This document shows, piece after piece, positions 1-11,508 of a stretch of DNA of 64,000 nucleotides. The position numbers were made by a program, and so were the translations under genes. The notes beneath the pieces were generated by a model that did no database searches, was not told the origin of the DNA, and saw only the letters and a list, made by a program, of their open reading frames with translations. Each line of letters begins with the position of its first letter. Positions within the stretch are counted from its first letter, which is position 1. The stretch lies in NCBI GenBank assembly GCA_965644315.1, contig CBFFRQ010000018.1, positions 620,001 to 684,000 on the forward strand. Reading direction: 5' to 3'. Origin of the DNA: Caecitellus pseudoparvulus (taxonomy: Eukaryota; Protista; Bigyra: Bicosoecida).

Positions 1-1077
1 CTCGAAGTGTACCCACGCGCCCCTCTGCCTTGTGCACCTCATCGGTGGAGGCGCCCGCCGTGCCGGGGGCGGGGGCCGCTGCCCCCTCGCCTGCCGCTGC
101 CACGGGCTGGGCATCCCGCGAGAGGCACGCAGCCTCGATGGCGCCCTGCACCTCCAGTGCCCCGGCCAGCAGCGGGAGGGGGGGAATGATGCCCGCAAAC
201 AGCGCAGCGAAGCCTGTTGCAAAGGCGGTGGGGGGCAGGCTCGGCAGCAGCCCTGCGTGCGCTGCAAAAGCGGTCACGTGGCACTGCGCTGCCAGGGCAG
301 CCTGGGACGCTGCGCTCACAGCGGCGGCATCCACACTGCCCAGTGCCCCCGCGACAGCAGCTTGGACATCCTCCGCCCCTGCCAACTTGGATGCCAGGCT
401 GGCGTTGTCCTCTGACAGCACGTGCAGGAACTTAGCGGCAGCGAGTGTAAGCAAGGCAGGGACGCCAGGGGAAGTGGCCGAGGCCAGGGCGCAGGCAAGC
501 AGCGGGCCCAAGGCAGCATCGTTTGTGATGCGCTGCACGACGACGTCAGATGCCTCACACAGAGTGCTGAGCAGTTCCAAGCCATGCTCCAGCACAGCAG
601 CCTGCTCCGGAGTCGTGCTGGCAGACGGAGTGGAGGAGCACAGCACGCCGACGACAGGCGGGACTGCATCCGCCCGAAGAACGGCCTCCACAGCGTCGTC
701 GTGTTCCACAAGTAACAAGTTGCGAAGTGCCCCCAGGGCAGGGGCTGCCACATCCGGACTGTCGGCAACTCGAGCCAGGAGCTTGCTTGCCACGCCAGCC
801 TTCAGCAGAGCGTCCGCATTGGCATGGCCAGCTTCTTCATCACCCAGCACAGCCGCAATCGAAGCACATGCTTCGGACCGGAAGCGGGCATCGGGGTGCT
901 CAAGCTGAGAGGGGGGCAGTGGCAAGGGTGCGCCTGGAACATGGCGTTTCGAGCGCGTTTCACACTCACATGCTTCAAAATGTGCAGCTGCTGACCGCCC
1001 CCGGCGGCCTTGCCCCCACTCTTCCCACCATTTCGCCGTCCCCCTTTTCCCCTTCTAGACTTTGTCGACTTGCCCAT
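1..1077 (-). CDS. HEATR3: HEAT repeat protein 3 / symportin Syo1-like (5' part; runs off the window start)
   Basis: ATG at 1077 gives a basic N-terminus MGKSTKSRRGK. A GT-AG intron at 969-905 is followed by LEHPDARFRSEACASIA...ALGALRNL...LCEASD...FLHVLSEDN, matching the HEATR3 motifs (LQHPSAEVRECAC, AAGALRNL, TEDN). Confidence 0.75.
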
Positions 1078-1369
1078 GGCGATCACACACCAGGCACCAG
1101 TTCCCGCCCAAAAGCCGCACCGGGTGGTTTGCAGGCAGCAGCTGCCGCTGAGCCCTGCGGGCGGCGCGGAGCGTAAGGTCGGTTGCAGACCTGGCACTGC
1201 ACTTCCACTCTATCAGCCTGGTTGTTTATGATTGGATTCGTTGTGCGTTTTTTCACCCTCGGCCCCTTGGCAAGGCCCAAGGCATTTTTTAGTTGGCTCC
1301 GAGGCACCACAGATCGCACATGTTCATTGCGGTGCATTGCTGGAAAGCGCCTGCCACTTCACGGCCCAG

Positions 1370-2853
1370 CTACATGACCAACGCGTTTTGATGGTCACAT
1401 GCTGCCCCAAAGTACCCGGCGAAGCACTTGCAGATCCCGCTGGCCTTGTCGCATGCTCCACGTCCGCTACACTCGAGCTCTTCCGTGTTCCCGACCTGCT
1501 CATAGGGCTCGCCATTGTCATCCACTGCGGTAACGTATGCAACACTTCCTGGTACAGCAGACTCCCCTGTCATTTCAATGAGCTCTTGCGACCCTGGCAG
1601 GCCGACGAAGGTGATGTGGTAGCGGTGAGCTGCAGCCATCGTCTCCTCATCTGCTGTGTACACTCCCGCAATGATCTTGCCAGTGGCCCGCACTTCGACA
1701 CGGTTCAATGTGTCCTCAGGGAAGTCGTTGCGGAGGGCGTACATCAACTGCCCTGCGATGGTGTCGGAGCCGGGCAGGGTTGTCGCCGCCTCTGCCTCCA
1801 CGACGAGGCCCGCGGCGTTGTCAACTGTGTTCAATGGTAGTGTGAGTGTCTGCTTGCGGCCTTTCCAGTCCTTAAAGGCAAATGTCAGATCATGCGCCCC
1901 CTCGGGTTTCAACTCGAACTGCTGCACTGTGTTGTGGCAAGGGCGATCTCCGCAGTGGTTGCGCTGGTTCGTCAATGGGTCATCACCACGCGGACACTCC
2001 CGCTCCTGGCAGGCATACCCTGCAAACCCTGGATCACAAACACATGCCTGGTTCATGTCAGCATCCCACAGGTCGTACTCAAAGGGAGCTTCAACCCCTG
2101 TCATCTTGTTGCGGCCAAACTCAGACGACTGCCGGCGCCCTGTCAGCGCACCGGCTGCGATTTCGCGCAGCGTTCGGCATGCACCATGCCCTGAGCAGCC
2201 CCGTGGGCACGAGCCTGTGAAGTTCGCCCGGGAGGTGGAGTGTGGTCGCTTGCCCTGGCGCTGGTCAGAGCTTCGCAAGTGGCACCTGCAAGGTACGTAC
2301 GCCTCTGGCAAGCCGACCCTTCGAATCCTTGATCACACACGCAGAGTCCTGCCAGTTCATCACAAGTGCCAGCATCGGAGCAGACGGCGGGGAAGTGTGC
2401 TTCGTCATCCTGCTCCCCTTGAAAGGCTTCGTTCACTTTTTTGGCCCCAAGCCAGGTCAGCACAGAGGCGCTCTTATCATGCGCCACGCCATCATGGTTC
2501 AAGTCTCCGCGCGGCACGTCGCCCCATGAAGTACCTTGTGGGCATGCCCGCCGGCCACAGTCTGCGGGAGCCAGGCGGGGTCAGGAAGGTGTCTGGAGTG
2601 TGCATCTCGCTCTGTACGCGGCTCCCTGTGCGCACCATGGCCCATGAAGCCCACATCACAAGTGCACATGTCATACTCTCCGCACGTTCCATGCCCACTG
2701 CACCCAGCAGCTGTGAGAAAGCAGAGGTTCCGCCTTCGGTGCACGTGCTGAGGCAGGAAACGCCTGCCTGCCGAAACGCAGGAACTCACGGCACTCTGCC
2801 CATGCTTGCACAGCCCAAGACACCAACACGACAAGCCAAAAGGCACGAGCCAT
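1370..2853 (-). CDS. Tubular mastigoneme protein (Mas/Sig/Ocm family), secreted EGF-like Cys-rich, paralogue A
   Basis: Signal peptide MARAFWLVVLVSWAVQAWA. Spliced reading (about 3 introns): ECPAGCSGHGTC...CPQGTSWGDVPRGDLNHDG...EAHFPAVCSDAGTCD...YDLWDADMNQACVCDPG...CPRGDDPL...ECSGRGACDKASGICKCFAGYFGAAC. This is the typical layout of the stramenopile mastigoneme family. Confidence 0.85.
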
Positions 2854-3076
2854 ATTCAATGATCGGTTATACTATGCAGGGAGGGGAGCTCGCTTGGGGC
2901 TAGGTGGTCCTGCGCCCTGTGTGCGCTTGGAAACGAAGAGTGGGCCAGTGACTGCTTGCAAACTGAGGACAAGATAGAAATCCGTGAGGTTCCTCACCGC
3001 AGAGAACACTGGTTTGGGTATGCATTGGATTTTGATGAGCTTGCATGTGCGAATTCTGGCAGTTTGTGATCCGAGT

Positions 3077-4606
3077 TCAGCGCCTGCGCTTGCGGGCACG
3101 CTTGCGCTGGAGGCGCCGACGCTCCCGAGCAGCAGCGCTCTCTGCGCCAGCATCCCCTGCCCCCGCAGAGCTTGCGGCAGAGGCATCACCCGAGGATGAA
3201 GCTGCAGCCCCCGAACTTCCTGCGGCAGCTGCCTGTGCAGCAGCTTGGTGCCCACCGCTTGCTCCCTTCGCCAAAGCGCTTTGTGTGGAGCATGCTGGAC
3301 CTGTGTACCCAGTGAAGCATGAGCATTCCCCGCTTGCGTAGTGACAGACCCCGCGATTGGAGCACTCCACTCTTTCGTTGTTGCCATTACTGCTGTCAGG
3401 CTTGTCCAGCACCTTGATGAAGGAGTTTGTCCTGTATGTCGCCGCTGCTCCGGGAGTAGCATCTGCCAACGCCAGACGAAGCTGAGGAACGCTCCCGCTC
3501 GGAGTGCGAAAAGTGACGTCCAGCACGAAGTTCGTGTTTGGATCCACGCTGGAAGTGCAATCAGATCCACCCGGCGTCTCTGTGCATGTCACAGAGATGT
3601 CCGTCACAGCAGCATTGGGCAGGCCCAGCAGAGCTTGCTTGACGAAGGCTGTCAGCGAGGATGGCGTCGCGCCTTCGTCTGTGGGAGACCCAAGCGACAC
3701 ACTTCGCGACGCAGAGGTGTACTCCTCTCCATCCCAGTGGGTGTGGATGAGGGCAAAGGTTACCTTCGCTGAGGTTGCTGAGGCGGTGACCACATCTGCT
3801 CCCAAAAACTGCACAGTCTGTACGTCTTGCCTGCAATCGTCTCCGCCACAGGCATGCCGACCAGTCGTCACGGGGTCATCTCCTCGCGGACATTGTCGCA
3901 AAGAGCAGTCCACACCTACGAAACCTGCGTCGCACACACATGCTTGGCGCTGCTTGGCATCCCACAGCCTGTACTCGAAGCCTCGGGAGACGCCCGAGTG
4001 GAGCACTTTACCGTCCAAGCTGGCGGTGTCTCTCTTGTTGAGAGCGAACTGGGCGACCTCCGCGAGAGGTAAGCACACTCCGTTACCAGAGCACCCATTT
4101 GGACAAGCGGAGCGTTGGCATGCGTGCCCGGTGTACCCGTCGAAGCAGTTGCACTGGCCAGTGGCTCGGTCACACTGCCCTTTCCCAGAGCACTCTGTGT
4201 AGTAGTGTGCCTGCCCAGCTTGCACGTTGACAACGCCACCTGGCTTCGGCAAGTACTCCGACATTGGGAACGCAGAGGCTTGCTGAAAGGCTGTGGTGCC
4301 GGCCGTGGGGGACAGGTACCCGTCATGGTTCAGGTCTCCTGCCGGTGCATCTGCCCACGCAAGGCCTTGCGGACAGACGCGCTGCGAACAGTCGCCGCCG
4401 ATGTAGCCAGTGTAGCACTCGCACGCATCATTTGGCCCACAAACACCATGGTGTGAGCAGGAGTTTGCTGCGTGGGGGAGCGGCGAGGGGGGAGCGTGCT
4501 GCCTTCAGCGTTTTGTGCGTTTCGCTGAAGGTGGCTCCCACTCACGGCACTCTCCAAGCGCGGTGACTGCAGCTGCAGCGAAAACCACAATAGAAAGAGA
4601 CTTCAT
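3077..4606 (-). CDS. Tubular mastigoneme protein (Mas/Sig/Ocm family), paralogue B with basic C-terminal tail
   Basis: Signal peptide MKSLSIVVFAAAAVTALG, intron donor at 4545, then CSHHGVCGPND...CPQGLAWADAPAGDLNHDG...AHYYTECSGKGQCD...YRLWDAKQRQACVCDAG...CPRGDDPV...ECSNRGVCHYASGECSCFTGYTGPAC. It ends in an Ala/Ser/Gly linker and an Arg/Lys-rich tail. Confidence 0.85.
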
Positions 4607-4991
4607 GCTGAACTAAGGATGTATTCAGCGTTAACCCTCGTGCCCCTTGTTAGGTGTGCTCGCTGCAGCTGGCACAGGCTTGTTTGGGTGCTCAGAATCT
4701 CTGAGGGTGACCCTCGTGTTTCCTGCTCTGCACCACACGAAAAGGCCCTCCTGCACGTGATTTTGTGCTGGAATCGGGACTCTTGTTTGTTTTGAAGTGA
4801 GGGTGTGCCTGCACATCGACGGTTGTGTGCTGTGGACCGTCATCGTTGGTGAGAGGGATATTCGGCGGCAGCCGGGGGGGGGGCTGCTCCCTGCTCTGCT
4901 TCGTGCGTTCGGAGCGTGACCTCAAAACTCCTGTGTGCGTCCTCCACTCATGCTTGGCTTACTGTGGCATGCAGTCAGCACTTTCGTCAAG

Positions 4992-6373
4992 ATGAGGTCT
5001 TTTTCCTTCATCGTTGCAGCGGCAGGGCTTGCTTGCGCGTTCAGCGCATGCCCTGGCCAATGCTCGGGGCACGGTACGGGTGAAACGCCACGCTCACGCG
5101 CTGAGCCACGCGGTGGGGCGGGGTACACAGAGAGCAAGTGCGCTCGTCGCCATGCACTTCACAGGGTATTGCACTCGGGATGACACCTGCGTTTGTTTTC
5201 GAAGCAGCGGGAAGCAGCCCTCAGACTCCTTTGCGTACTTTGGGCCTGACTGCAGCAAGAGTGAGAGCCGCCTTGCCTGAAGCAAAAGGCACGCCCACAC
5301 ACATGCCCTACTTTTTCACACCCCAGAGACGTGCCCCTCTGGGTTTGCTTGGGACCAACTCTCGGACGACAGCAGCAACGCGCCGGCCGTGGTCTTCTCA
5401 CCCGCCCAGCCGTCCTCCCAGGCCTTGCTGAATGTCACTGCCGACCCCCTTGGCAATGACTTGAAGCAAGATCTCATTGTCTCATTGAAAGTTCTCAAGG
5501 GAGGGGCGTCGGGGTACTTTCAGTACCAGCTGCTGGACGCCAAGCGCGGCGCGCGCTCGCTCGTGAGCAGCCCCGTCTCCATCGCACAGTACAACCACCA
5601 CTCCAAGCCATTCAGCATGACTTACAAGGGCAAGCAAACAGGCGTGCAGATGTTCTGGGACGAGCTCACATCTGGTGCCAGCATTGCCACTGATCTCAAC
5701 ACAGGGGACGAGTACACGTTCACGGTTCTCTATGGCAAGGGAAGCAACTTCAACGCCGGCGATGCCAACACCGCACACGCCCAGGCAGAGTGCTCTGGGC
5801 GGGGTTCTTGTGACTATGCACAGGGGGTGTGCAAGTGCCAGGCAGGCTTCACAGGCAACGCTTGCCAGCGCAGTGAGTCGCTCGAACACCACCGCACCCC
5901 TCGCACCTGTGTCTGCAAGGCGCTCGGTCCATGTTCGCAGAGGAATGCCCACACCAGTGCAGTGGCCACGGTGTGTGCCAGACTCTACAGCGTGTGATGG
6001 CGGACGTGAAAGATGCCCAGGTGGAGTATGTGGGCGCCTTCGACGCCCAAGCGGAGATGGCTTGTGTCTGTGACGCGGGCTTTCGTGGCCCAGCTTGCGA
6101 CCAGGTGGAGTGCCCCTCCCAAGCAGATCCCCTTGGAGGCTTCGGAGCTGATGGCAGCACCACTCCCGGGAGCTTCCCGTCCGGCCCCGCGATGGACTGT
6201 TCTGGGCGAGGCGTTTGTGACTACGCACTCGGGCAATGCGACTGCTTCAAAGGTGAGGTGTGCCCGCGCTGCATGGCTGTACCGGCTCTGTCCGAACGCG
6301 CTGCATCGCACGCTCCTTCCTGGATACAGGCTTTACCGGGGCAGCCTGCCAGAGACAAACAAACTTTATCTGA
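4992..6373 (+). CDS. Tubular mastigoneme protein (Mas/Sig family), paralogue C (short type)
   Basis: Signal peptide MRSFSFIVAAAGLACAFSA, about 4 introns. Motifs [98 protein letters not shown]. Confidence 0.85.
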
Positions 6374-6610
6374 GTGGACCGAATTCATTGCACCTGCCAC
6401 GGAGCTGTCAGCGTGGCAAAGGAGCGACGCACTTGTGAGGTGCAGGGGGGCGCCGAGTGGCACCGATCTTGGTCTCTGCTGCGGCCTTGCCAAACATAAT
6501 TTTCTACATCTACCTGCGCCTCGGTCAACGATCACGCTGCTTGAACCCTTTGCCGGCTAGCAACGCCAAGCCAGTGTCCCAGCTGGTCTCTCGGCGAGTT
6601 CGCCCCAACA

Positions 6611-6853
6611 ATGTTCGTGTTCAACGTCGCCACCAAGAGCAAGGAGGTGAAGAGGGACGCAGCTCTGATCAAATCGGTTGCCGTGACGGCAGGGGCTATG
6701 TTTGCCTTCTTCACAGTCCTGCGCATCACGTACGTTTCCCCAGCTGGCTGCGGAACTTGACCCTGCGGGTAGTACGTTTGCACGCTCCTCGCACACACCT
6801 CCATGTTTGCACCGCACAGCCCGACTGTCCTCAAGCAATTCCGAGGGCAGTAA
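6611..6853 (+). CDS. Small tail-anchored protein, Tom5-like (mitochondrial TOM complex subunit)
   Basis: Exons 6611-6729 and 6820-6853 (GT-AG intron 6730-6819) give MFVFNVATKSKEVKRDAALIKSVAVTAGAMFAFFTVLRITPTVLKQFRGQ (50 aa). It has a single TM segment ending LRITP.VLK, as in human TOMM5 (LRVTPFILKK). Confidence 0.6.
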
Positions 6854-6860
6854 ATTCGCC

Positions 6861-9398
6861 ATGCCCATGCACCATGGTGCATCTCAGGGCGGCCAGCCGC
6901 TGGCGCCCTCTGGGAAGAGTGGGAGGAACAGGCAGGTGGTGGTGGGAGGAAGGAAGCGAAGGGCTCCTGAAGGAGGAAAGGCGCAGGGGGGGCGCGTGTC
7001 GGCCGCACTGCAGGCACACCGTGCCGCGCTCCCAGTGGCTGCGTTCGAGCGCAAGATAGTGGAGGCAGTGCAGTCTCACGCAGCGGTCATTGTGGTAGGT
7101 GAAACTGGGTCTGGGAAGACGACTCAAGTGCCTCAGTTCTTGCTGCAAGGGCTGACGTGCACGTCACGGGCTCCTCGACTTGTCGTGACACAGCCACGCC
7201 GGGTTGCAGCAATCACTGTCGCTGAGCGTGTCGCCGCTGAAATGGGAGCTGAAGTTCCGGCACCACGTGGGGAGGACGAGCCGTCCCAACTCGACGGGGG
7301 GCGCGCCAGCTACCCCGTCGGATACCGGGTTCGTTTCGCAGATGCCACTCGGAGGGACACAAGGTGTGTCTTTGCGACAGATGGCATGCTGCTGCGCGAG
7401 GCGCAGGTGAGCCCTTCGCTGCCAGCCTACGATGTCGTGTTGCTGGACGAGGCGCACGAGCGCGGACTGAACACCGACGTACTCTTTGCCGTGATCAAGC
7501 GCGCTATGGCCGCGCGAGCGCACACGAAGTCCCCCTTGCGCGTAGTGGTCATGTCCGCCACCTTGGACGTTGCAAAGTTTGCAGAGTATTTCGGTGCCCA
7601 CAGCATCACTGTGCCTGGCAGGCAGCACCCAGTGGCAACACATTACCTTGCCGCTCCAGTCGCCGAGCCGGTGGATGCCGCAGTGTCTGCTGTGCTGCAG
7701 TTGCACATTGATGCTGCAACACAGGCAATGCGAGGAATGGTGGCCAAGGCCTGGGGGCGTGATGGCCACGATGGAGCCCATGCAGTCCCTCTGCCACCTT
7801 GCGAAGAGCTAGGGGAGCTGGGGGACGTGCTTGTATTCCTTGCTGGCCGCGATGACATCGAAACGTCCCACCGACTGCTTGAGGACCGGTGGGCGAGCTT
7901 GGAGGCTGCGTGGGTGTCGGCAGTCCGCGGCGCCCTTGCGGAGGGTGGCGCGGCCAGCCACCTCTCCCAAGCTCACGGTGATGCCGTGCACAGCCTTGCC
8001 AGCGCATTGCCCAGGCTGCACATTGTGCAGCTGTACGCGGCACTGAGCCCTGCCAAGCAGCGTGCGGCTTTTGCCCCGGCGCCCCCTGGGCACCGCAAGG
8101 TGATTCTCTCCACCAACATCGCCGAGACGTCCATCACCATTCCAGGCATTCGGACTGTCATTGACACTGGCTACGTCAAGGTGCGCACGCACCGCCCAGG
8201 TGCTGTGGCAGACACCTTGCTGCCCGAGCCGGTCTCTCAAGCGCAAGCAGCACAGCGCAAAGGGCGGGCTGGTCGGGAGGCGCCTGGGCAGGTGTACCGG
8301 CTGTTCACCGAGCGTGCTTACGACTCCATGCAGGCACAGCCCATTCCTGAAGTGCTGCGGGTGGACCTTGCCTCCACTGCCCTCAGCCTGGGCTGCATGG
8401 GTGAGACAGCGGTGTCGCTGGCGCGGTTTCCGTGGCTCGACGCGCCGTCCCGGGAAGGCTTGCGAGGCGCGTTGTGCACGTTGGTTCAACTGCGAGCCAT
8501 GGCCAGCAGTGTGCACGATGGCGGTTCTCAGGATGGCCAAGTCACACCTGTTGGGCGCGCCATGGGGGCCATGCCGCTCCCACCCATCCTTGCAGCACTT
8601 GTTCTGCAAGCGGGCAGGCTGTCCTGTGCAGTTGAGGCAATTACCCTAGCTGCGCTGCTGTCGTTGGATGGCCCACTGTGGAGTGCTTTGCCTGAAGCGG
8701 CGGCCAGCGACGCCGCGGTCGTCGCTTCCAAGCGCAAGCGAAAGAAGTTCCACTCGAGCGAGGGTGACCACGTCACGATGCTGAACGCCTGGGCTGGGTT
8801 TGAACGCATGGTGTGGGAAGTTGCAAGCGCACCCCCCTCTGTCCCGACTGGCGACCTTGCCTTGCCCCAGCTGTCTGCCTCACAGTGGAAGTTGGTTCGA
8901 GAGTGGTGTGCAGCGCACAGTCTCCAACTTCGTTCCCTTCGCCGAGCTGCAGACATCCGGCAGCAGTTGGCAGCATTGGCTCTCAAGCAAGACCTACTTG
9001 GTGGTGCTGAAGCAGGGTTGCCTTTCCAGCCGGCATGGGCCAGTGCCATCGCTGGCCGTTCGCTGTACTCAGACAGTGAAGTGTTGCGACGTGCTCTGGT
9101 CGCGTCCGGTTTCATGCAGGTTGCCTTCCTTGCCCCGGGGGCTGCCCAAGCAGGCTCCAAGCGCACCCGACCTCAGTATGTCACTGCTGTCGGGCGAAAG
9201 GACGCGTGGATACACCCGTCCAGCGTGCTATTCGGGGCACAGCCACATCCTCCTGCGGTTCTGTACAGTGAACTGGTCTTCACACGCAAGACGTTCATGC
9301 GCGTGGTGAGCGCCATCGAGCCGGCTTGGCTGCCAACAGAAGCAGGTCATGCCTTCCGCATGAAAGGAGCAGGGGGTGTTGCCAACGCAATGCATTGA
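6861..9398 (+). CDS. DEAH-box RNA helicase (DHX33/Dhr2-like)
   Basis: GETGSGKTTQ, TQPRRVAA, DEAHER, SAT, STNIAETSITIPG and QRKGRAGR motifs, followed by an HA2/OB-fold C-terminus. The start codon is uncertain. Confidence 0.9.
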   Translation: MPMHHGASQGGQPLAPSGKSGRNRQVVVGGRKRRAPEGGKAQGGRVSAALQAHRAALPVAAFERKIVEAVQSHAAVIVVGETGSGKTTQVPQFLLQGLTCTSRAPRLVVTQPRRVAAITVAERVAAEMGAEVPAPRGEDEPSQLDGGRASYPVGYRVRFADATRRDTRCVFATDGMLLREAQVSPSLPAYDVVLLDEAHERGLNTDVLFAVIKRAMAARAHTKSPLRVVVMSATLDVAKFAEYFGAHSITVPGRQHPVATHYLAAPVAEPVDAAVSAVLQLHIDAATQAMRGMVAKAWGRDGHDGAHAVPLPPCEELGELGDVLVFLAGRDDIETSHRLLEDRWASLEAAWVSAVRGALAEGGAASHLSQAHGDAVHSLASALPRLHIVQLYAALSPAKQRAAFAPAPPGHRKVILSTNIAETSITIPGIRTVIDTGYVKVRTHRPGAVADTLLPEPVSQAQAAQRKGRAGREAPGQVYRLFTERAYDSMQAQPIPEVLRVDLASTALSLGCMGETAVSLARFPWLDAPSREGLRGALCTLVQLRAMASSVHDGGSQDGQVTPVGRAMGAMPLPPILAALVLQAGRLSCAVEAITLAALLSLDGPLWSALPEAAASDAAVVASKRKRKKFHSSEGDHVTMLNAWAGFERMVWEVASAPPSVPTGDLALPQLSASQWKLVREWCAAHSLQLRSLRRAADIRQQLAALALKQDLLGGAEAGLPFQPAWASAIAGRSLYSDSEVLRRALVASGFMQVAFLAPGAAQAGSKRTRPQYVTAVGRKDAWIHPSSVLFGAQPHPPAVLYSELVFTRKTFMRVVSAIEPAWLPTEAGHAFRMKGAGGVANAMH

Positions 9399-9471
9399 GG
9401 CAGCTGGACCCCCCGGCATGGTACATGGACCACAGGGCGAGAGTCAAGCTGCGACCGCTGGAGTCGGGAAC

Positions 9472-10089
9472 TCATCGGTAGCGGCGCAGGGAGAGGGTGT
9501 TGCGGCGCTTCCAGTTGGCACGGGTGGAGGAGCCAATGAGCTTGTTGGCGCGGTGGCCCTTCTTGCGCAGGCCGCGGCTGGACTTGCCGGCGGAAGTCAG
9601 GCCGCGCAGCTCACGGTGCTTCTGGACGGGGTTGCAGATCCAGTTGATGCGGGGGTCGTTCTGGATGGCAGCGTGCTGGGGGTCCACCAGGATGACCTCG
9701 AAGTACTTGTAGGTGGAGTCCTGGTTGATCCAGTAAGAGTTCAGCACACGCAGGTTGCTGCAGCGGCGGCCCACACGCTCCTCAGCGACGGATCGCAGGT
9801 TGCGCTGGAACTTCAGCTGGTTGATACCGTGGTGCTTGGGCTTACCGTACACAATGCCCTTGGGGTTGGGGCGCTTGCGTCCACCACGGCGCACGGCCAC
9901 GCGGTACACGGAGTAGCCCTGCTTGGCCTTGTAGCCGAGGCTGCGTGCCTTCTGGGGGCGGGTGGGGTTGTTCACTCGCACCATGTTGGGGAGCTGGCGG
10001 TACTCCCATGCGCGCACGCGCAGCAGGAAGCGGAGCACATCGCTCTGCTTCTTGCGCCAGACCTCCTGCATGTAAGAGTAGGCACCCAT
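9472..10089 (-). CDS. RPL15: 60S ribosomal protein L15 (eL15)
   Basis: [32 protein letters not shown]...LRVLNSYW...LSLRRYR, intronless. Confidence 0.98.
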   Translation of the reverse strand: MGAYSYMQEVWRKKQSDVLRFLLRVRAWEYRQLPNMVRVNNPTRPQKARSLGYKAKQGYSVYRVAVRRGGRKRPNPKGIVYGKPKHHGINQLKFQRNLRSVAEERVGRRCSNLRVLNSYWINQDSTYKYFEVILVDPQHAAIQNDPRINWICNPVQKHRELRGLTSAGKSSRGLRKKGHRANKLIGSSTRANWKRRNTLSLRRYR

Positions 10090-10344
10090 GTTTGATGCTG
10101 CGGAGGGGGAGGCAGGGAGTGGTGAGGAGCGGAATTTGGAGGGCGCGAGAGCCTCCGGTCTGTTGTGGCGCCCCAGCACGTACCTGTGATGGAAGGCGAT
10201 CCCCAAACACAAAAATCGACACTTTCCGTTGACTGGTTGGCATGTAAAGTGGTGACGAGGCGTACTGAGCCTGTTCTCTATGTTGCGGATGGAAGCCCCC
10301 GAAAATGAGGTGCGGGAATGATGCTATAGTGAATTCAAGTGCAT

Positions 10345-11508
10345 TCACGCTGTGGAAGCCCCTGCCTCCTTTGCCGCCTCCTCTGCGTACTTGTAGTGCA
10401 GCTCATTGACGTCCACAGCCGCCATTTTGTGCCACCCATCGTCCTTAACCAAGTACACTGCGAAGGGGGGCAGGGGAGGAGAACGTTGGCACCCGCGCCT
10501 CGCACGCGTTTGTCTGCGGGGCACTACCGACCGTTGTTGACGCCACCGCTGGCCGCATCTCGGTGGGTAGCGTGGTAAATGGCCTTCTGTCCAAGCTCCA
10601 CTGCCTCCTCATCTGTGAGGTCCCAAGCGTACCCCACATCCAGCACGCCATATGCGTAGGTGGAGCCGGAGCCGACGGAGAAGTACGGCATGTCGTCTGA
10701 AGCCTGCAAGCGCGTGCCATCATTGTCCACGTAGTACAGCTGAGGGCCCTGCAAGGAAAGCGTGTGGGCTAGCGACTTTGGGAAGGTCACAGGCGCGGGA
10801 AGATGGCCACGCCAAACTTACGGTCTTGTCCCATCCCGTGATCATCGTGCCCACGGACAAGCCATAACCCTTGTACCGCAGCAGCATGTTACACAGCACC
10901 TTGCTGGCCGCAGCGACGCTGATGCGCTCCTTGTTCCTCAGCTCGTACAGTCGGCAGTGCACGCCCAAGTTGCGCTCCCAGTACGCGCAATCAGCGGCTC
11001 CCCCTGCCATGGTGCCCAGCAGGTACGGGTTGATCTCAATGATCTTCTTGACAGTCCCAGAAGCTGCAAGGCAGGCAAGGCGTGGGAGTTTTGATAGACT
11101 TGCCGGTGCAGTTGGCCTGTGGTGCACGGGGCCAGCCCATACCGATGTAGGCTCCTTGTGTCGAACGAGAGTCCACCGCAACCAAGACGCCTCCCTTGAA
11201 CTTGAACGCGAGGGTGGTCGTTCCCTTGGCAAACTTGATGTCATGTTCACCGTCAAGGTCCCCCTTGTACACGTCAAACTTCCGCGAGCAGTACGTCGCA
11301 GGCTGTGCAAGCAGGCACCGTTGCGCACACGTGCCGGGCATGACAGACGCCAGTGCGGACACCTGCTCAAACGCACTGAAGCCACGGCAGGCAGAGCAAA
11401 CGCTGTCTCCGTCCCAGGGGCCGAGAGCGACCCATCTGCAGCCATTGCAGCCGCAGAGCCTGCAGGCGCAGGCTTGATGGCTGCTTGCAGGTCGGCGGTG
11501 CTGAACAT
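10345..11508 (-). CDS. PSMB5: 20S proteasome subunit beta 5
   Basis: Propeptide followed by [55 protein letters not shown] and [10 protein letters not shown]; about 4 introns. Confidence 0.95.

Noticed and set aside
30-908. 292 aa plus-strand ORF and similar long ORFs (1656-2903, 9376-10095, 16614-17546, 61733-63058)
   Set aside because: These are antisense shadows of real genes in GC-rich DNA.
6532-7017. Minus-strand ORFs over the 6.5-7.0 kb gap
   Set aside because: Better explained as antisense to the spliced Tom5-like gene and the helicase start.
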